Notes under the pieces: model-generated
What the model saw: the letters and a program-made list of their open reading frames with translations, nothing else
What the model was told of the DNA's origin: nothing
The model's database searches: none
Shown here: piece after piece, positions 13,336-16,269 of the stretch
How positions within the stretch are numbered: position 1 is the stretch's first letter
Layout: each line of letters starts with the position of its first letter
Translations under genes and position numbers: made by a program
Source: Chthonomonadales bacterium
GTDB lineage: Bacteria; Armatimonadota; Chthonomonadetes; Chthonomonadales; Chthonomonadaceae
Assembly: GCA_038217285.1 (NCBI GenBank)
Contig: JBBQPO010000135.1
Location: forward strand, 1 to 16,269
Reading direction: 5' to 3'
DNA: 16,269 nucleotides

Positions 13336-16269
13336 CTATCCTGTCTTGTCTGGCGCGGCTGCTTCGGGGGGAAGCTGTATCTGTCCGGCCAGTGCGATCG
13401 TCTGTTCGAGAGGAGCCTCCGTTCCCATCTGCCACAGACGGTCGAATCGCTCGCTGCCGACCTTGCCGCGTGAGGTGGCAAGCACCTCCTCCATGTAAGC
13501 CTGCCCGCGCGGGGACATCGGCAGCCCCAACTGCTTGCGCAGACGAGAGGCGGCGGCATAGAGTTCGATGGCGAGGGGCTGTTGCGCAAACTCATCCGCG
13601 ATAAAGCCGAACACTTCCAGCGCGTGCATGATGGTTGGCGTATCGCCTATCTCCCGGCAGAGCGCGAGACACTCGGTCAGAATAGGCGCGGCACGCACAT
13701 AGTCGTCTATCTGCACATTCAGGCTCGCCAGATTATACAACTGGATGATGAGACCCTGCTTGTTTTGCAGTTGCCGATAGACGGCCAGGCTCTCCTCATA
13801 ACGCTCGCCTGCCTGCGCGTACTCCCCCCGTTCGTGCGCGACATTGCCCAGATTGGCGATGGCGGTCGCTTCCGAGCGTCGATCCAAGATTTCCCGGCTG
13901 ATCTCCCTGCACTGTGTATAGAGGTCGCAGGCGGTGTCGTACTCCCCGAGACGTTTGGCCGCGTTGCCCAGCGTATTGAGGGCAGATGCCTCGACAGAGC
14001 GGTTGTTGTCGCGGCGCGCCAGCATCAGGGCGCGCTGGGCATACGTACGGGCCGTCTCCTGATCGCCCTGCATCGAGGCGACCAGCCCGACTTCCACGAC
14101 CGCGAGTCCGTAGGCGGACGCGCAGGCTTCCACGCCCGCCCGTGCCAGAACCGCTTCCAGCCGCTGCCGCGCTTCGGTCAGGTGGCCCTGTGTGCGCCAG
14201 AAGATGCGCATAGCGACGGTCAGGCGCAACTGGGCTTCGACGGCCTCTGGCTCTTCTGCCTGCCACTCCAGCGCGATACGAATGTTCGGTTGCTCCGGCT
14301 CCAGGCAGGCGAACCAGATCGCCTGTTCGGGGCCAGCGATATTTTTTTCCGCTTCTTCCGCGAGGCGCAGAAAATAGGCGGCGTGGGTCTGCCGGGCTTC
14401 GTGCCGCGTCGCCACGTCCATCTGCGCGTCCGCAAATTCGCGAACGCTTTCGAGCAGCCGGAAACGCATCGTCGCGCCGTTCTCCCTCTCCTCGGAGACG
14501 ACGAGAGACCGTTCCCGCAACTGCGCCAGCAGATGCAGGGCGTGGCGCGCGTATCCCACGGCCTGCGCGGCCTGCTCTGTCCATCCACCGCGAAACACCG
14601 ACATTTGGGCCAGAAACGTCTGCAGTTCCGGGGAGAGCAGCTCGCAGCTCCAGGCGATGGTGGCATGCAGCGCGCGATGACGTGGCGCGCGGTCTTCTCG
14701 GCGACTGACCAGGAGATCGAAGCGCTGGCTCATTCGCGCCAGCATCTGCGCGGGCGTCAGAACGCCGATCCAGGCGGCCGCCAGTTCCAGGGCGAGCGGA
14801 ATGCCCTCCAACTGTTCGCACAGATTCGCTACCGCCTCGGAGTTCCGGGGCGTGATCTGAAAATCGGGGCGGGCGGCCTGCGCGCGGTCGAGGAACAACT
14901 GCTGACTGGCCGGAACAGGGAGCGGCTCCACGGCGATATTGCGCTCCCCCGGCAGCCCCAGATGATGTCGGGAGGTGATCAGGCAGCGCAGGGCGGGCAG
15001 GCGCGTGAGGAGTGCCTGGACGACGGCAACGCCGTCTGGGGGCAGTTGCTCGAAGTTGTCCAGGATCAGCAGGGCGGGCCCATTTTGCAGCCGGTCGGCG
15101 ATCTGAGGCAGCGGGTCTGCATTCGACGTGTGCGGCAGGTGCAGCGCATCCGCGATATAGCGCAGCATCTGCCCGGCGTCCGTCACCTCCGCCAGCCCGA
15201 CGAAAGCGATCGGATACGTCACTTTCGTCTGCAAAAACCGGGCCGTCTCCACCGCCAGACGGGTCTTTCCAGCTCCGCCCGGCCCGGTCAAAGTGACGAG
15301 CCGCGCCTGCGCGCTCACGTTATCGGCAGAGGTGAGAGGCGTGCCTGCCTCCTGCGGAGGGAGCAGATCGGTGCGCGCCTCCTGCGCTGTCGGGATGCCT
15401 GCCTCCACATCGGAGTCCAGCAGGACGGCGAGCGAGCGCACCGCCTCATTCCGGCCAAAACACCGGGTCAGGAAGAGCGGCAACTGCAGATCGAAGGAGA
15501 GTGCGGACGGCGTAGAACCCACGACTGGGCGTACCGAAGCGCCGCCGTGTGGCGCGGAGTCGTTCGCTTGCGCCTGTTTCAGACGCGTATCGGGGGCTGA
15601 CGGCATTTCAGAACGCGGTGTTGTAGACGATCGGGGAGGGCGCGTTTTGGAAGCGCCTGTTCCTTTCCGGCTCTTGTGTGCAGCGACCTCTTTGCCTGGA
15701 AAGGAAGCCGGCAGTGTGGCGGCAAGCGCCCGCGCTTCTTCTCCCGGCAGGCTGTCGAACGCCTGCTTCAGACACACGGTCAGTTCCGCATACTGTTGGG
15801 CGGCGTCCTGGGATCGGCCTGCCCGAATATACAGACGCATCAGCGCCAGATGCGCGTCTTCCTCCAGAGGGTCCTCCTGAACGAGGCGGCGGGCATAGGG
15901 GATCGCCGCGTTCAGGTTACCCTGCGTTTCCGAGATCCCCACAATCTGCGTGAGTGCGTCCAGATAGCAGTGCCGCAGGCGCTCGCGCTCCTGCAGCGCC
16001 CACTCCTCGTAGTCGCCGGGCAGCAGGTCGCCCCCATAGCACTGTACGGCTTGGGTCAGCAGACGGGTTCGATCCAGGGCGTCGGGCGCGGAGTGCGCTG
16101 CCCGCAGGTCGGCCTCGAAGGCGGCGACATCCGTCTCTACAGCCTGGGCATTGAGTCGGACATGCGTACGGTCGGCGAAAAGCACGGTTCCTGTCTGTAC
16201 GCCGACGGGCTCCAGTTGGTGGCGCAGGGAGGCAAGAGCAAGACGCAGCTTCGTACGGCCCGTCTCTGG
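13336..16269 (-). CDS. AfsR/SARP-like regulator: wHTH (partial) - BTAD - STAND/NB-ARC-type ATPase - TPR; 5' end outside the window
   Basis: Frame is open to the window edge (PETGRTKLRLALASLRHQLEP, the end of the wHTH). BTAD: DVAAFE, YGGDLLPG..EEW, DPLEEDAHLALMRLY. Walker A GPGGAGKT, Walker B LLILDNFE, LEGIPLALELAAA, then TPRs (ALNTLGNAA, AIANLGNVA). Confidence 0.95.
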   Translation of the reverse strand, partial: PETGRTKLRLALASLRHQLEPVGVQTGTVLFADRTHVRLNAQAVETDVAAFEADLRAAHSAPDALDRTRLLTQAVQCYGGDLLPGDYEEWALQERERLRHCYLDALTQIVGISETQGNLNAAIPYARRLVQEDPLEEDAHLALMRLYIRAGRSQDAAQQYAELTVCLKQAFDSLPGEEARALAATLPASFPGKEVAAHKSRKGTGASKTRPPRSSTTPRSEMPSAPDTRLKQAQANDSAPHGGASVRPVVGSTPSALSFDLQLPLFLTRCFGRNEAVRSLAVLLDSDVEAGIPTAQEARTDLLPPQEAGTPLTSADNVSAQARLVTLTGPGGAGKTRLAVETARFLQTKVTYPIAFVGLAEVTDAGQMLRYIADALHLPHTSNADPLPQIADRLQNGPALLILDNFEQLPPDGVAVVQALLTRLPALRCLITSRHHLGLPGERNIAVEPLPVPASQQLFLDRAQAARPDFQITPRNSEAVANLCEQLEGIPLALELAAAWIGVLTPAQMLARMSQRFDLLVSRREDRAPRHRALHATIAWSCELLSPELQTFLAQMSVFRGGWTEQAAQAVGYARHALHLLAQLRERSLVVSEERENGATMRFRLLESVREFADAQMDVATRHEARQTHAAYFLRLAEEAEKNIAGPEQAIWFACLEPEQPNIRIALEWQAEEPEAVEAQLRLTVAMRIFWRTQGHLTEARQRLEAVLARAGVEACASAYGLAVVEVGLVASMQGDQETARTYAQRALMLARRDNNRSVEASALNTLGNAAKRLGEYDTACDLYTQCREISREILDRRSEATAIANLGNVAHERGEYAQAGERYEESLAVYRQLQNKQGLIIQLYNLASLNVQIDDYVRAAPILTECLALCREIGDTPTIMHALEVFGFIADEFAQQPLAIELYAAASRLRKQLGLPMSPRGQAYMEEVLATSRGKVGSERFDRLWQMGTEAPLEQTIALAGQIQLPPEAAAPDKTG

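Noticed and set aside
13582-15600. 672-aa + strand ORF and other long antisense ORFs (4726-5850, 5628-6557, 6629-7552, 11210-12115)
   Set aside because: These are shadow ORFs expected opposite high-GC genes and show no domain motifs.

Overview
GC-rich bacterial window with no rRNA, tRNA, CRISPR array or transposase that I can recognise. An Armatimonadota-like source is only a guess, based on the PEP-CTERM style and the SARP-STAND regulator. (1) 1-4480 is an accessory, partly decayed region. It holds a DUF3494 ice-binding-like gene, a bidirectional terminator, a 5'-truncated paralogue of a small membrane-protein gene, a DUF427 gene, four translationally coupled phage-like small ORFs and an SRAP pseudogene. 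(2) 4482-8951 is a + strand block: ABM monooxygenase, acetamidase/formamidase, GT-A-like hypothetical, membrane-anchored ankyrin protein, a REP-like composite inside a 32-bp direct repeat, and a class I PLP aminotransferase (probably DapL). (3) 9225-11008 is an XRE-HTH/IrrE-ImmA metallopeptidase fusion coupled to a PIN-domain gene, with a clear promoter and a candidate operator. (4) 11100-16269 on the - strand holds a hidden PEP-CTERM remnant, a protein with a degenerate Nudix box, a lipoprotein and an AfsR/SARP-like BTAD-ATPase-TPR regulator (5' end outside the window). The best signals are an AfsR-box-like 9-bp direct repeat exactly 8 nt upstream of a -10 element in front of the lipoprotein gene, the IrrE-PIN module, and a duplicated membrane-protein tail with 15-residue-period LxRA repeats. 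Family calls are by motif recognition only; no searches were run.
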